Source: a virus (Duplodnaviria; Caudoviricetes). From it: a DNA stretch of 64,000 bases. Under the pieces are notes generated by a model. That model had not been told where the DNA came from and ran no database searches. It saw only the letters and a list, made by a program, of their open reading frames with translations. How positions within the stretch are numbered: the stretch's first letter is position 1; every line of letters starts with the position of its first letter. The position numbers and the translations under genes are program-made. The stretch spans positions 1-64,000 of the IMG/VR virus record IMGVR_UViG_3300032289_001255; one strand, given 5' to 3'. Shown in pieces: positions 38,292-48,666 of the stretch.

Positions 38292-39850
38292 TTTATAAAA
38301 TACTCTTTCCAATAGTTGTAGGTTTTATAATCACTTGGGGTACCCCAACAAATATAATGTTCTACTTCAAATACTTTGACATTTAATCCGTGTTTGATAT
38401 TTTGATTAATAACATCATCGACATAAAATTCACCATTAGTTCTTATATTAGAATCATAGTTCTCTTTTAATCCGTCGATAAAATACTTGGCTTTTCTAAA
38501 AAACATTGTACCAATGATAGCATGGGTTTGTAAAGGATTATCGTAGATAAACTTTTTACACGAAACGTGATTGATGTTATTGTTTTCATCGACATCCAAC
38601 CAAGAATACATATTAGGATTAACTTTACTCGTTTGATTGTTTCTAAATGACCACACAATTACATCAACTGTTGGATCATCGATTAATCGCTGATATTCGT
38701 TTGAATCGTAATATACACCATTGTCACACGCTGAAATTAAAATTGGGTTTTCTAATTCAATATTGAAGTGATTAATAGCTAATTCACATGTGCATGCTTG
38801 TCCTTCGGTAGTTTTATCTATTGATAAAACAGATGTGTTTTTATAATGTTGTTTAAGTGTAGTGTCTAATTTAAACTCATCCACGTGTTCTTTTAAACAC
38901 ACAAACGTATTATTGTCACAACTTGGTAGGCAATCAACTGCTTGCACAACCATTGGTAACCCATCTACGTCTATAAGAGGCTTTGGTAATTTAAAACCTT
39001 CCATTGAAAACCTACTTCCTCTACCAGCCATCGGAAGTACTAGGGTAGTATTTGGTTGGTTAATAATTTCTAATTTATTGGTTTTAAGTTTTTTAAAATA
39101 AGATGACCATGATTTATATATCTCCAAATCGTATGGAGTTCCCCATTGCAACATTTTATCGATTTCAAATATATTTGTACGCAATCCATCTTTAACCAGT
39201 AGATTATATACTAAACTTATATAAAACTCACCTTTTAGATCATTTCCAGATTCCAACAATTGTTTAAAGTATTTTTTTACCAAGTTACCACTTTTAAAGT
39301 AATATGTTCCATTTGAAGCATATTCATTCATTTTATTGTTGGTAAACGGCTCTTTTTCTTTAATTTGAATCAATACTTTATTCTCTTCTTTACAGAAAGC
39401 ATAGTTATCGATTCCTAACATATGTGGATGGAATCCTGTGTAACACGGAATTGAACCGTCAAAATTGCCGATGTGAATTTCTTCTAAGAATTTATCAAAA
39501 TTCCATACTGTACCATAATCACAATAGGTTATTATTGTTTCTTTGGAGTCGTCGATATGATCAAAGATCTGTGATACTGTGTAAACAGGACCTTTTTTGT
39601 GATTAGGAATAGAGTAGATTTTACAATTTGGCACAATTGATTCTAATACGGATCTCATATTAGTTTCTCTTAGATGTGGTTCATTGCAAATGAATGTTAT
39701 ATCAGTAACTCCTGGGAATAGATCAACTACGTGTTTAATAATAGGATGTCCATCTACTTCAATTAGTGGTTTTGGGTCTTTGTATCCAGCCTCAATGAAT
39801 CGTTTGCCAATTCCTGACATTGGGATGATAAGTTGAATATTGTCTTTCAT
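38288..39850 (-). CDS. Tandem two-domain sugar-phosphate nucleotidyltransferase
   Basis: Domain 1 'IIPMSGIGKRF...PKPLI'; domain 2 'VLPMAGRGSRF...PKPLI'; both end with 'WGTP.D'. Confidence 0.88.
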   Translation of the reverse strand: MKDNIQLIIPMSGIGKRFIEAGYKDPKPLIEVDGHPIIKHVVDLFPGVTDITFICNEPHLRETNMRSVLESIVPNCKIYSIPNHKKGPVYTVSQIFDHIDDSKETIITYCDYGTVWNFDKFLEEIHIGNFDGSIPCYTGFHPHMLGIDNYAFCKEENKVLIQIKEKEPFTNNKMNEYASNGTYYFKSGNLVKKYFKQLLESGNDLKGEFYISLVYNLLVKDGLRTNIFEIDKMLQWGTPYDLEIYKSWSSYFKKLKTNKLEIINQPNTTLVLPMAGRGSRFSMEGFKLPKPLIDVDGLPMVVQAVDCLPSCDNNTFVCLKEHVDEFKLDTTLKQHYKNTSVLSIDKTTEGQACTCELAINHFNIELENPILISACDNGVYYDSNEYQRLIDDPTVDVIVWSFRNNQTSKVNPNMYSWLDVDENNNINHVSCKKFIYDNPLQTHAIIGTMFFRKAKYFIDGLKENYDSNIRTNGEFYVDDVINQNIKHGLNVKVFEVEHYICWGTPSDYKTYNYWKEYFIK

Positions 39851-39851
39851 T

Positions 39852-40328
39852 TTAATATAAACCTTTATTCTTAAGAGAAAATTTACACAAATCTACATAA
39901 TCGGTACATACAGCGTAGACAATCTTATCATTAAACTTTAATACTGATTCCTCGTCTAAAAGAGGAATGATACAGTTTTCATCTAATTTAAGACTCAAAT
40001 CGTGTACCCAAAAATGATTTGTGCTTGTTATAATATATGAGTCCTGCGAATGACAAAAATACTTTATATCACGATTTAATTTTTTTAATTCAATAGCTGC
40101 GTCTAAGTTTTTACAATGATACCAAATATCGTTTATTCTATTTATAATCCACATTTTATCAATTTTATAATCGGGAGTATCATGTCCGAGCCAAAACTCT
40201 CCGTTTATATATCGTATATCTACTTCAACTTCATATCCACTTCCTATAGCTGAATCAATATAAGATGGCCTATTTTCTTTATTTGGTACAATTCCTTTTA
40301 AATTTCCACGGTGTGATATAATTTTCAT
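39852..40328 (-). CDS. Short glycerophosphodiester phosphodiesterase / PLC-like protein
   Basis: 'IISHRGN', 'EN', 'EVEVDI', 'LGHD', 'HCKN', 'VCTDY'. Confidence 0.75.
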   Translation of the reverse strand: MKIISHRGNLKGIVPNKENRPSYIDSAIGSGYEVEVDIRYINGEFWLGHDTPDYKIDKMWIINRINDIWYHCKNLDAAIELKKLNRDIKYFCHSQDSYIITSTNHFWVHDLSLKLDENCIIPLLDEESVLKFNDKIVYAVCTDYVDLCKFSLKNKGLY

Positions 40329-40621
40329 AACTTTTCAATTGGTATTGTTTTATCATCTATGAATAAATCATAATACGGTTTATCAACTCGTAACTCATTA
40401 TATTTTGCTCCCCACGAATCTAATTGATGTTTGGTCAAAACATACCAATTTATTTGTTTTCGACTTCCTCTCGCTGTCCAGTACACAATAGTATTGCCTT
40501 CTTCATATAACTTGTTTATTTTTTCTATGTTTTCTTTTATTGGAGTAGAATTTGCATAATTTCTATCTTCAGAAGTAGTACAAATTGTTTCGTCGATATC
40601 AACGTAAATTATTTTCCCCAT
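40325..40621 (-). CDS. Minimal HAD-superfamily phosphatase (capsule-locus type)
   Basis: 'YVDIDETI', 'YWTARG', 'KP...FIDDK'. Confidence 0.85.
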   Translation of the reverse strand: MGKIIYVDIDETICTTSEDRNYANSTPIKENIEKINKLYEEGNTIVYWTARGSRKQINWYVLTKHQLDSWGAKYNELRVDKPYYDLFIDDKTIPIEKL

Positions 40622-40624
40622 AAA

Positions 40625-42178
40625 TTATTTTTTCTTGTAAATTCTATTCTTGTGAATTAAAATATCTAAATCTGTATTATTTAATACATGAAATGCATCT
40701 TTTAATGTAGTTAATATAGGCAATCCTTTTATATTAAAAGATGTATTTAATAAAACCGGTATTAATGATTGATTTGACATTTCGGTCAAGATGTCATAGA
40801 AAAAGCAGTCATTTGAAACTGTTTGTAATCTGGATGTGTTGTCGGCATGTGTTATTGATGGTAGTTTTGTTCTCCATGTTTCTTTTACTTTTGGTGCAAA
40901 TGACATATACTTGCAGTCAGGTGCATTTTCAAAAAATACATCTTTATCTTCGATTTTACAGACAGGAGCAAATGGTCTAAACCATTCTCTGAACTTCACT
41001 TTGCTATTTAAAATATCTTTCATTTCTGGAAATGCCGGATAACAAATTATACTACGATTGCCTAATGCACGTGGTCCTGCTTCGGAATAGCCGTCTATAA
41101 TCGCGATTATTTTTCCGTCTTTTAAATATGTAATTAATTTTTTAAGATCCAACTCTTCCGATGGGTTATCATAATTTTGAATCTCGTTTTCATCCAAAAT
41201 TTCAAATCCACTGAAACAAATCTCTTCTTTAGTTACCGCATTTTTGTGTTCGTTAGTAAACATGCCAAATGATAAGCCACAGTCGTTTGGATTAGGTGGT
41301 ACGTATAATTCTAAGTTTTTTGTTTTTAAATATTCATATAGTCTTTGATTAAATAATACATTTAACGCACATCCACCTGTCATTACAACGTTAAGATTGT
41401 ACTTTTCTACGTTAACTTTAACTAAATCAAAAAGAATTTCTTCGAAAACGTACTGTGATGTTTTTGCAATATCCCACGCTACTTGTCCTTTTAAAGATTT
41501 CGGCTGAACACTTAGTGAAGATAATAAATAGTCTTTATTACTAGTAGAATAAAATTCTCTGAAGATTTTTACCCAATCGGATCTAACATTTCCGTATGCT
41601 GTCAATCCCATCAATTTACCTGCTGCACCCAGATCACCGACAATTTCTGATAATGGTATCGCCGTAAAATTATATGGATTTGCAACGTCTATGTTCGGTC
41701 TACTGATATGTTTTATCTCATTTTCCTTGTACAGATAAACATTTGTAGTAGAAACACTCCCATTGTCTCTGCCACCACCATCTACTGAAAAAATTAAACA
41801 CTCTTTAAATCCAGAAAGATGAAATGCGCCGTAAGCATGAGAAATATGATGATTACAATATTTTAGGTCGGCATTTGGAAAATATTTTTTAAATAAAACT
41901 AAGTCTTCATTCGCGAACATATCGTGATGTAACACCAATTTAATATCTTCACAATATAAATTTTTTTTGATGTGATTTAAAAAATCTTCTCTATTTTTAT
42001 CTTTTGTTCCGAGTGAGGATCTGTGATTTTCTAAACTTTTTGAAAACATCGCATATCTCTTTTTCACGAATCTTTCGTATTCATATATTCTTAACTTTTT
42101 ATTTTTATCGATAAATGTACATGAACAGTCATGAGATCCATTTATTGCTATAGTTTCTTCTGGGAGTATATTATTCAT
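40625..42178 (-). CDS. Carbamoyltransferase (NodU/CmcH family)
   Basis: 'SHD', 'HHISHA', 'VDGGG', 'GKLMGLTAYG', 'GGCALN', 'EAGPRALGNRS', 'REWFRPFAP', 'LNTSFN'. Confidence 0.92.
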   Translation of the reverse strand: MNNILPEETIAINGSHDCSCTFIDKNKKLRIYEYERFVKKRYAMFSKSLENHRSSLGTKDKNREDFLNHIKKNLYCEDIKLVLHHDMFANEDLVLFKKYFPNADLKYCNHHISHAYGAFHLSGFKECLIFSVDGGGRDNGSVSTTNVYLYKENEIKHISRPNIDVANPYNFTAIPLSEIVGDLGAAGKLMGLTAYGNVRSDWVKIFREFYSTSNKDYLLSSLSVQPKSLKGQVAWDIAKTSQYVFEEILFDLVKVNVEKYNLNVVMTGGCALNVLFNQRLYEYLKTKNLELYVPPNPNDCGLSFGMFTNEHKNAVTKEEICFSGFEILDENEIQNYDNPSEELDLKKLITYLKDGKIIAIIDGYSEAGPRALGNRSIICYPAFPEMKDILNSKVKFREWFRPFAPVCKIEDKDVFFENAPDCKYMSFAPKVKETWRTKLPSITHADNTSRLQTVSNDCFFYDILTEMSNQSLIPVLLNTSFNIKGLPILTTLKDAFHVLNNTDLDILIHKNRIYKKK

Positions 42179-42182
42179 AAAT

Positions 42183-42860
42183 TTATTTTATAACATTCTG
42201 TCTGTAAATTTCATTAGTGTCTTTTTTTATCTGTACCACTTTGTCTTCAGAAATAAACGTACATTGTCCAAGAGACTTGGACCCAATAAATATTTCAGCG
42301 GACTTTTCACATATTTCAGTAGCAATTAAACATTCTTTACTTGAAGATGCAGCGCAGATTATACCATGATTTACCAATAAGATCAACTTTGGTAAATATC
42401 CATTGTCTTCTATAAATTTGTCAACGAATACTTCTACATTTTTACATAATTCTTCGCCGGGATGTGCATAGGGAACTATACAGGATTTTTCTCCGTTAAA
42501 AACAACTTGATCCGGAAAAACTCGTTTATTTGCAAATTCCTCTATTAAAATTTGATTACTACATAGTATTTTAAGTGTATTTGTTGGGTGTGTATGTGCT
42601 ACGAAATTAACTCTTGATTTTTGTAAGAGAAATGAATGAAATCCAGTTTCTATGCTTGGTTTTTTGTTAAAGTTGTTTAACTGTTTTCCATTAAAATCAC
42701 ATTTAACTAAATCATCATACGATAAATGTTTTAATGTGGTACCACTTGCCTTTATTACAAATCCGTCTTCAAGTTTTTCAGAAACATTTCCCTCTGCACC
42801 AACAACATAATTCTTAAGACACGTTCCGAGTATTAATAAATCATTATTTGAATTTTGCAT
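42183..42860 (-). CDS. Class II aldolase/adducin family protein
   Basis: 'GAEGNVS', 'KPSIETGFH', 'AHTHP', 'LVNHGII'. Confidence 0.88.
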   Translation of the reverse strand: MQNSNNDLLILGTCLKNYVVGAEGNVSEKLEDGFVIKASGTTLKHLSYDDLVKCDFNGKQLNNFNKKPSIETGFHSFLLQKSRVNFVAHTHPTNTLKILCSNQILIEEFANKRVFPDQVVFNGEKSCIVPYAHPGEELCKNVEVFVDKFIEDNGYLPKLILLVNHGIICAASSSKECLIATEICEKSAEIFIGSKSLGQCTFISEDKVVQIKKDTNEIYRQNVIK

Positions 42861-42881
42861 AACAAGTTTAAATTATTTTAA

Positions 42882-43667
42882 TTAGACAACAATAGTCCAA
42901 TTGTCTAATGACATGGGTTCTAATTTCAACTCATGTTTGTAATAAGTATCTTTGAGCAAACCACCCCATCTTTCTTTTCGTACAAACGGGTAAATATATA
43001 TTTTTATATTTTTAAATATTCCATATCGTGCGTCTAATATATAACAAAACGATGCCCATACAGAATCTACAAAATGCATCTCTTTGGCATGTTCTAAAAT
43101 TTTTATCATATTAAACATATCCAAAGCTTTTCCGTTTAAGTCTATATACTTTGTAGATTCATGTTTTTCAAAATTTATAGCTGAATCTCCTAAGTGGTTA
43201 TCATGGTATAATACATAATCGGATCCGTGTTCCGCAATAAACTTTTCGTAAAATATATTCTCATTAATAACATCACGTTCAATATTGAAAAAGTTAATTT
43301 TATTAATATAATCTATACCATAACAAATATAATATTTTTTATTAAAATGAATGGCTGACGACGAAGACATAAATGCGTTTTTATATTGGTCGTTTCTATT
43401 TGCGTCCAACTTACCATGCAATAAATAATCGTAAATGTCTGGGTCAAATTTATTGTAAAAATCTTTTGACACTTTAGTTGTCGCCAGAGGATCGTAAATT
43501 TTAGTTATATTGTTTTTATTCTTTAAATAAAATTCAAAAATTGGTTTTGCTTCGGGTCTTAGTATTACTGTTATATTATCATATTTTGACAAATAATAAT
43601 CAATCATGGATAAGTGATTTACTAAATCCGTCCACGATTGATAAAAAAATAAAAGACCTTGTTTCAT
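42882..43667 (-). CDS. Hypothetical glycan-related protein
   Basis: 261 aa; 'QSWTDLVN', 'AKEMHFVDSVW' resembles GT-B-like viral proteins. Confidence 0.45.
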   Translation of the reverse strand: MKQGLLFFYQSWTDLVNHLSMIDYYLSKYDNITVILRPEAKPIFEFYLKNKNNITKIYDPLATTKVSKDFYNKFDPDIYDYLLHGKLDANRNDQYKNAFMSSSSAIHFNKKYYICYGIDYINKINFFNIERDVINENIFYEKFIAEHGSDYVLYHDNHLGDSAINFEKHESTKYIDLNGKALDMFNMIKILEHAKEMHFVDSVWASFCYILDARYGIFKNIKIYIYPFVRKERWGGLLKDTYYKHELKLEPMSLDNWTIVV

Positions 43668-43679
43668 TGAAAATACATA

Positions 43680-44447
43680 TCACCCAACTACGCCGTCATA
43701 AAACTTTTTATTTGTATTATTTAAAGTCAATGACTCTATTATTTTATTATATTCCGGTATGAGTTTTGAATCCAATCCATTATTTGACCTGGGTAATAGT
43801 TTTCCTTTGTGAGTGATGTGAATAAATTGAAAAAAAGACAAACAACTAAACCATCCACATTTTATAGGATTATCAGAGTAAAGTTTGTAAATTTTATATT
43901 TAAGACAGTGTTTCATCACAGATTCATTTTCAATCGTTCTATATGTCTCATTTTTAAAAATCTCCATTGTTTCTAATAATACATTCAATTTCCAGATAGA
44001 AGGGTTTACATTGTATATGTAATTGTTTATATTTCTCTGCGCTCTTAATTCAACCTTTAAATCATTAAATTTAATTGATAATCTGTCTTTATTATATAGA
44101 TCCCAGTTATGTCTACATTGTAAGTCTATTCTATCAATTGAATGTTCAGTCATATAATTTTTTATATGACTGATATATGAATCGTCTTTTTTAACAACTA
44201 TATCAATGTCATGAATAAAAAGAATATATTCGTTTTTTAAACATTTTAATGATAGAACTCTGCTCGCATAAGGCAACGAATCGTCATAAAAAATAACTTG
44301 GCTATATTTACAATATAAATGATCTAAATTTTTGTCAGATTTGTTTATCAGTAAAATTTTATCCGTGTACTCTAACGCTTGTGTCTGGACAGAAAGTATA
44401 TCTAAATAATCTGTGTGTGAATAAACCACATATGTTAACTCGTTCAT
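43680..44447 (-). CDS. Probable GT-A-like protein
   Basis: 'YVVYSHTDY', 'LFIHDIDIV' (DxD), 'YNVNPSIWK'. Confidence 0.5.
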   Translation of the reverse strand: MNELTYVVYSHTDYLDILSVQTQALEYTDKILLINKSDKNLDHLYCKYSQVIFYDDSLPYASRVLSLKCLKNEYILFIHDIDIVVKKDDSYISHIKNYMTEHSIDRIDLQCRHNWDLYNKDRLSIKFNDLKVELRAQRNINNYIYNVNPSIWKLNVLLETMEIFKNETYRTIENESVMKHCLKYKIYKLYSDNPIKCGWFSCLSFFQFIHITHKGKLLPRSNNGLDSKLIPEYNKIIESLTLNNTNKKFYDGVVG

Positions 44448-44491
44448 ATTTAAAAATCTTTTTGTAGTATTGTTTTTTACACATACATACG

Positions 44492-45124
44492 TTAGTGATT
44501 TATATATTTGAAAATTGAAATAATATAAAATGATGGATCTAGAATCATTTTATTTACCAATTCAAATTTTATATTATATTTTTCTTGTATATCACGATGT
44601 GCTTTACTTTGTCCATTTTCATATTCATTTTTGTTATTCATCAAAAATGAACCCCAGTCGTCATATATTATGATCGATCCATTACACAATAAATTGTTTT
44701 TTAAAACAAATTCCCAAACCTCTAATGTGGATGTGTATATATCACAGTCCATATGTAAAATTCCTATTTTTTTATTATCGAATTTTGTTACTAAAGAATC
44801 AGTCAGTGTCTCAGAAAACCATCCATCGATGATATGTGCGTCCTTTTTGTTAAGAAGTTCAGGATTAATATTTCCATTACATGAAAATTTTCCAGTCTTC
44901 CAAGGTGAATGTAAATCATTTTTTTCGACAGGCAACCCAACGAATGAATCAAAACCAAAAAAATTTCTATCAAGATTGTAGTTTTTATACAAATTATAAA
45001 ACTCTAGAAAAGATTCCCCTTTATGTACGCCGAATTCTAAAAATAATTTATCTCGTAAAAAGTCTGAGTTTTTGGATACTAGTTCGTTTCTCAGTGACGT
45101 TTTGATTCTATTGTAAACATTCAT
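44492..45124 (-). CDS. TylF/MycF-like O-methyltransferase
   Basis: 'LEFGVHKG', 'GFDSFVGLP', 'GWFSETL', 'HMDCDIYTST', 'YDDW'. Confidence 0.85.
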   Translation of the reverse strand: MNVYNRIKTSLRNELVSKNSDFLRDKLFLEFGVHKGESFLEFYNLYKNYNLDRNFFGFDSFVGLPVEKNDLHSPWKTGKFSCNGNINPELLNKKDAHIIDGWFSETLTDSLVTKFDNKKIGILHMDCDIYTSTLEVWEFVLKNNLLCNGSIIIYDDWGSFLMNNKNEYENGQSKAHRDIQEKYNIKFELVNKMILDPSFYIISIFKYINH

Positions 45125-45125
45125 A

Positions 45126-46553
45126 TTAACATTGTGATTTTAAATTAAGTATTATGTAAAATATATAATTGTAATATTTTACATAATTTTCTTCGGGGAT
45201 TCCAAAATTCCATCGTTCACAGTATATGTATCTATTGAACGATATAATCTTAAATTTTTCATTTGTTTTAAATTCATATGGAATGTTGTACTTTGAAAAA
45301 GATGAAAGTATATTTTCAACTGAGTGTTTTTTGTTAATAAGAATATTAAGACCCAATGACATATCTTCTTTTTCAAAAAAGTTTACAACTATATCTGAAT
45401 TATCTTTTTGTGGAGCTATATATTTTTTATAGTCGTTTTTTCTATCAGATATTTGTTTAATTACTTTCTCTTCTGTATATCCTCTTGTTTTCACATCTCT
45501 TTCTAATTTCCACTTTGTTTTTAGAGATTCATCGGGATCCATATATATTGAGAAATTATATATATGACCAGCATCTCCATATAAACTGTGCAATCCACAC
45601 ACTATAATATTATCTGCATTTTCTATTTTTTCTGGTTGTTTAAATTTGCCTGTGTTATGATCATAATCCACTTGAAATATAGAATTACCTATTTTTAGAT
45701 TAAAAACATCCTCTTGCATTTTAGATACGAAATTTGCATCAGGATTCAAATGTGTATATGTTTTCCAGTTTTCACTGTGTCTTTCCCATTTATGGTATCT
45801 GTCACATTCTAATAAAATTGAATTTGAAAAGTATTTTTTAAGTAAATTTCCGAGTGTAGTTTTTCCAGAACCAGAGTCACCACATATAGCAAATACATTA
45901 CACATAGATAATATTACTTCGTATTCTATATCATCCTCTACGTAATCCAGTTTATTTTCGTTCAAATGGTAAAATAATACTGTTTCAGAGACAAAGCCAT
46001 GTAACTTAACTAAATCGTTTAAATTTTTATATAAATCAAAATATTTGTCCATTAACTCCGATGACCCATAGGCTATTATATCGCACAAATATGGGTCATT
46101 TATACTTTGTAGTTTGGTTTTATCTAAAACCGTATTTTTTGGTATATGGATTTTATCTAAATCGCAATCGAAATTTATGAGTTGAAGATTTACATCTGGT
46201 CTTATTTTGATTACAATGTCATATTTTCCGTGTAATTCTTCGTTTAATTTTTTAATAAAATTGAGTTTATAAAATTTAAACCATGTATTATACAAGCAAT
46301 TTTCTTTTGAATTGTTCGAAAATATTAAATTATTTTCTTCTAATATAACTTTTGGTGACAATTCGGATTCTATGGATTTTATAATATCAGACAAATCATT
46401 GGGATTTAAATACTTATCTTCTAAAGATTCATTTTTTGTTATGTGGATATAAACGTCTGTTGATTTGAAATTGTCAATAATAAACTTTTTAATATTAGGT
46501 AGATTTAACTTAATAGTTCGTAAATATCCAGATATTAATAAAGCGGCTTTCAT
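45126..46553 (-). CDS. Fusion: N-terminal glycosyltransferase-like domain plus phosphoribulokinase/uridine kinase domain
   Basis: N-terminal 'AALLISGYLR...YDIVIKIRPD'; C-terminal 'GDSGSGKTT', 'DRYHKWER', 'HLNPDAN', 'YDHNTGKF', 'GLH'. Start ATG 46553 by TAATG coupling. Confidence 0.8.
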   Translation of the reverse strand: MKAALLISGYLRTIKLNLPNIKKFIIDNFKSTDVYIHITKNESLEDKYLNPNDLSDIIKSIESELSPKVILEENNLIFSNNSKENCLYNTWFKFYKLNFIKKLNEELHGKYDIVIKIRPDVNLQLINFDCDLDKIHIPKNTVLDKTKLQSINDPYLCDIIAYGSSELMDKYFDLYKNLNDLVKLHGFVSETVLFYHLNENKLDYVEDDIEYEVILSMCNVFAICGDSGSGKTTLGNLLKKYFSNSILLECDRYHKWERHSENWKTYTHLNPDANFVSKMQEDVFNLKIGNSIFQVDYDHNTGKFKQPEKIENADNIIVCGLHSLYGDAGHIYNFSIYMDPDESLKTKWKLERDVKTRGYTEEKVIKQISDRKNDYKKYIAPQKDNSDIVVNFFEKEDMSLGLNILINKKHSVENILSSFSKYNIPYEFKTNEKFKIISFNRYIYCERWNFGIPEENYVKYYNYIFYIILNLKSQC

Positions 46554-47779
46554 TATATTATATTTTTTAATGTTTCTAAATTTAGACTCCAACTACAATT
46601 TAATCCATTATCTAATTTTTTACATTTTTCTTTTTTCAATAATATGGTTTTGTATGTTATACTCGCATTCCATCCTGTTATTTTTTCATCGGAGTATTTA
46701 ACTAATACTTCGTCATTCAAAACTTCTTCTATTTCTCCAACCACATTTTCTGATTGTACTCGCATAAATTGTTTAAACTCATTTGATTCCGTGTGTTTTG
46801 TGTCCAGAAAGTAATAAGTATTTACTTTGTTCAAGCTGTAAGTAAATCTATAATTTACATCCAAAAATGTGGGTGATACTAATGTTATCAATTTACACAG
46901 TGGTTTACTAAACAATACATTAACAATTCCACCTCCAATTGCGCCTACAATTGATTCCGCATTATTAAACAACAATATTTTATCGACAGTGGATAATTTT
47001 TCTGTGAATACCTCTTCATATCCTTGTGATTTTAACAAATCAACCAGTTCATTTTCATTTTCACACTTTCTTCTGGTCGTATAATTTGTACCTATATTTG
47101 AAAAGTCGTTATGAATCCACGTTCTTCTTGATATGTAAAATTTCTTTGGAAATTGTTTTTCGATCTTTAACTCTTTTACATTTTCTACAATTTCTTTATA
47201 TAAATCGTAGATTTCTTCTCTAGGTTGTTGTTTCGGATCGGGTCCGTATGTATAAGTCGATGATATATAAACATGAGAATATACGGTGTCTTTATTTAAT
47301 ATAACTATATCCGATGAATCGATTTTCAATATCTCAAGAAATTCGGTTACAAATTTATAAAATTTATCGCCGTGAGAATAATACATTAAAAGTTTAAGAT
47401 TTTTAGTTATGATTTTTAATTTTTTATATGTAATCAGATATGGTAATGTGTCGTATATAAAGTGATAATAATTATCCGTATTATAAATGAAGTAAAAAAC
47501 GGGATCGTTATACGTCTCAGATGTATTTCCCACTTTATAATCTATTTTATCCGTACTATTAATGTTTCGTAAAGACATCGTTGACTCTTCAAGTGGTTGA
47601 TAAAATGTATTATCTAATTTTGAATATAATACTAAATTTGGATAATATAGAGATGATCCTGTAAAAACAACATCATTTAAAACATGAATATTAATTTCAT
47701 CAAAATTATCAGATTTAGGAAATATTTCGAATTTGTGATTGCCATTATCTGAAGTATTAAGATTTTTTATAGGTGTCAT
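46553..47779 (-). CDS. Glycosyltransferase family 61-like protein
   Basis: 'NYYHFIYDTLP', 'FYISRR', 'R...NENEL', 'AESIVGAIGGGIVN'. Confidence 0.75.
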   Translation of the reverse strand: MTPIKNLNTSDNGNHKFEIFPKSDNFDEINIHVLNDVVFTGSSLYYPNLVLYSKLDNTFYQPLEESTMSLRNINSTDKIDYKVGNTSETYNDPVFYFIYNTDNYYHFIYDTLPYLITYKKLKIITKNLKLLMYYSHGDKFYKFVTEFLEILKIDSSDIVILNKDTVYSHVYISSTYTYGPDPKQQPREEIYDLYKEIVENVKELKIEKQFPKKFYISRRTWIHNDFSNIGTNYTTRRKCENENELVDLLKSQGYEEVFTEKLSTVDKILLFNNAESIVGAIGGGIVNVLFSKPLCKLITLVSPTFLDVNYRFTYSLNKVNTYYFLDTKHTESNEFKQFMRVQSENVVGEIEEVLNDEVLVKYSDEKITGWNASITYKTILLKKEKCKKLDNGLNCSWSLNLETLKNII

Positions 47780-48666
47780 AGTATTTTGTTAAATATGTAT
47801 TCCACTCTACTTTCGGATGTATGATGTTTTATTATGTTTTGATAAGAATTTTCTATAATATCATACAATTTATTTTTGTTATTTAGATAGTAAACAAGCT
47901 TGTCTTTTAATTCGTCTGTTGAATCCCACGAAATATAATGTACTCCGTCTTCTAAATTTGGTAATATGATATTGTATTTTTGAGCAAACAAGCAAGATTT
48001 ATTTGCCATTATTTGCCACATTCTGGCATTACATTCTCCTCCTCCAAACGCATCGACACTAATAAATGATTTTTTAATCGTGGTAAAGTAATCACTAACA
48101 TTCTCAGTTTTTATATTAAAATTAAGAGATTTGAGTTGATTGCATACTTCTACAGATTGTTTTCTTAGACCTGTTTCTAATTGACCATATGAACAAAATA
48201 CGTCTATTTCTTTATTGTAAAAATTATTATTAAAATATGAATCTAATGTTGCAAATGGAAGTGGTATTATTCCTTGATCAACATGTTCTTTCAAACATTC
48301 TCTTTTAAAGTAATATCTTGATTTTGATTTAAAAGTTGGATCTAGTTGTTCATTTGTTTTTCCACGAAATCCTGTGTAGTTATACTCACTACCATCAATA
48401 TAAATCGTTTTATTCCAGCCATTTACTTTATCAATCAAATAAAACTTTGGTTCTTGAATTCCATTAAATTTAGATTTGCCCCAAATTGCAAATATATAAT
48501 CGCAGTTTTTTGAGTGATAAATAAATGTATCATCGCTTATTATATTATCTGCGCCGTTACCTTCATCTGTATAATAAATTTCATGTTTTGTTTTCTTTAA
48601 TCCTTCTATTATAGATGTCGCTAAATAATCTTCTTTTTTACACGGATTTATTACTAATATTTTCAT
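47776..48666 (-). CDS. Glycosyltransferase, GT-B/CgeB-like
   Basis: 'YFKRE', 'IDVFCSYG', 'CNARMWQIMANKSCL', 'DGVHYISW'; start ATG 48666. Confidence 0.65.
   Translation of the reverse strand: MKILVINPCKKEDYLATSIIEGLKKTKHEIYYTDEGNGADNIISDDTFIYHSKNCDYIFAIWGKSKFNGIQEPKFYLIDKVNGWNKTIYIDGSEYNYTGFRGKTNEQLDPTFKSKSRYYFKRECLKEHVDQGIIPLPFATLDSYFNNNFYNKEIDVFCSYGQLETGLRKQSVEVCNQLKSLNFNIKTENVSDYFTTIKKSFISVDAFGGGECNARMWQIMANKSCLFAQKYNIILPNLEDGVHYISWDSTDELKDKLVYYLNNKNKLYDIIENSYQNIIKHHTSESRVEYIFNKIL

Noticed and set aside
45126-45900. Phosphoribulokinase as a Calvin-cycle auxiliary metabolic gene
   Set aside because: It is fused to a GT-like domain and embedded in a glycan cluster with no carbon-fixation genes; a glycan-precursor role is more parsimonious.
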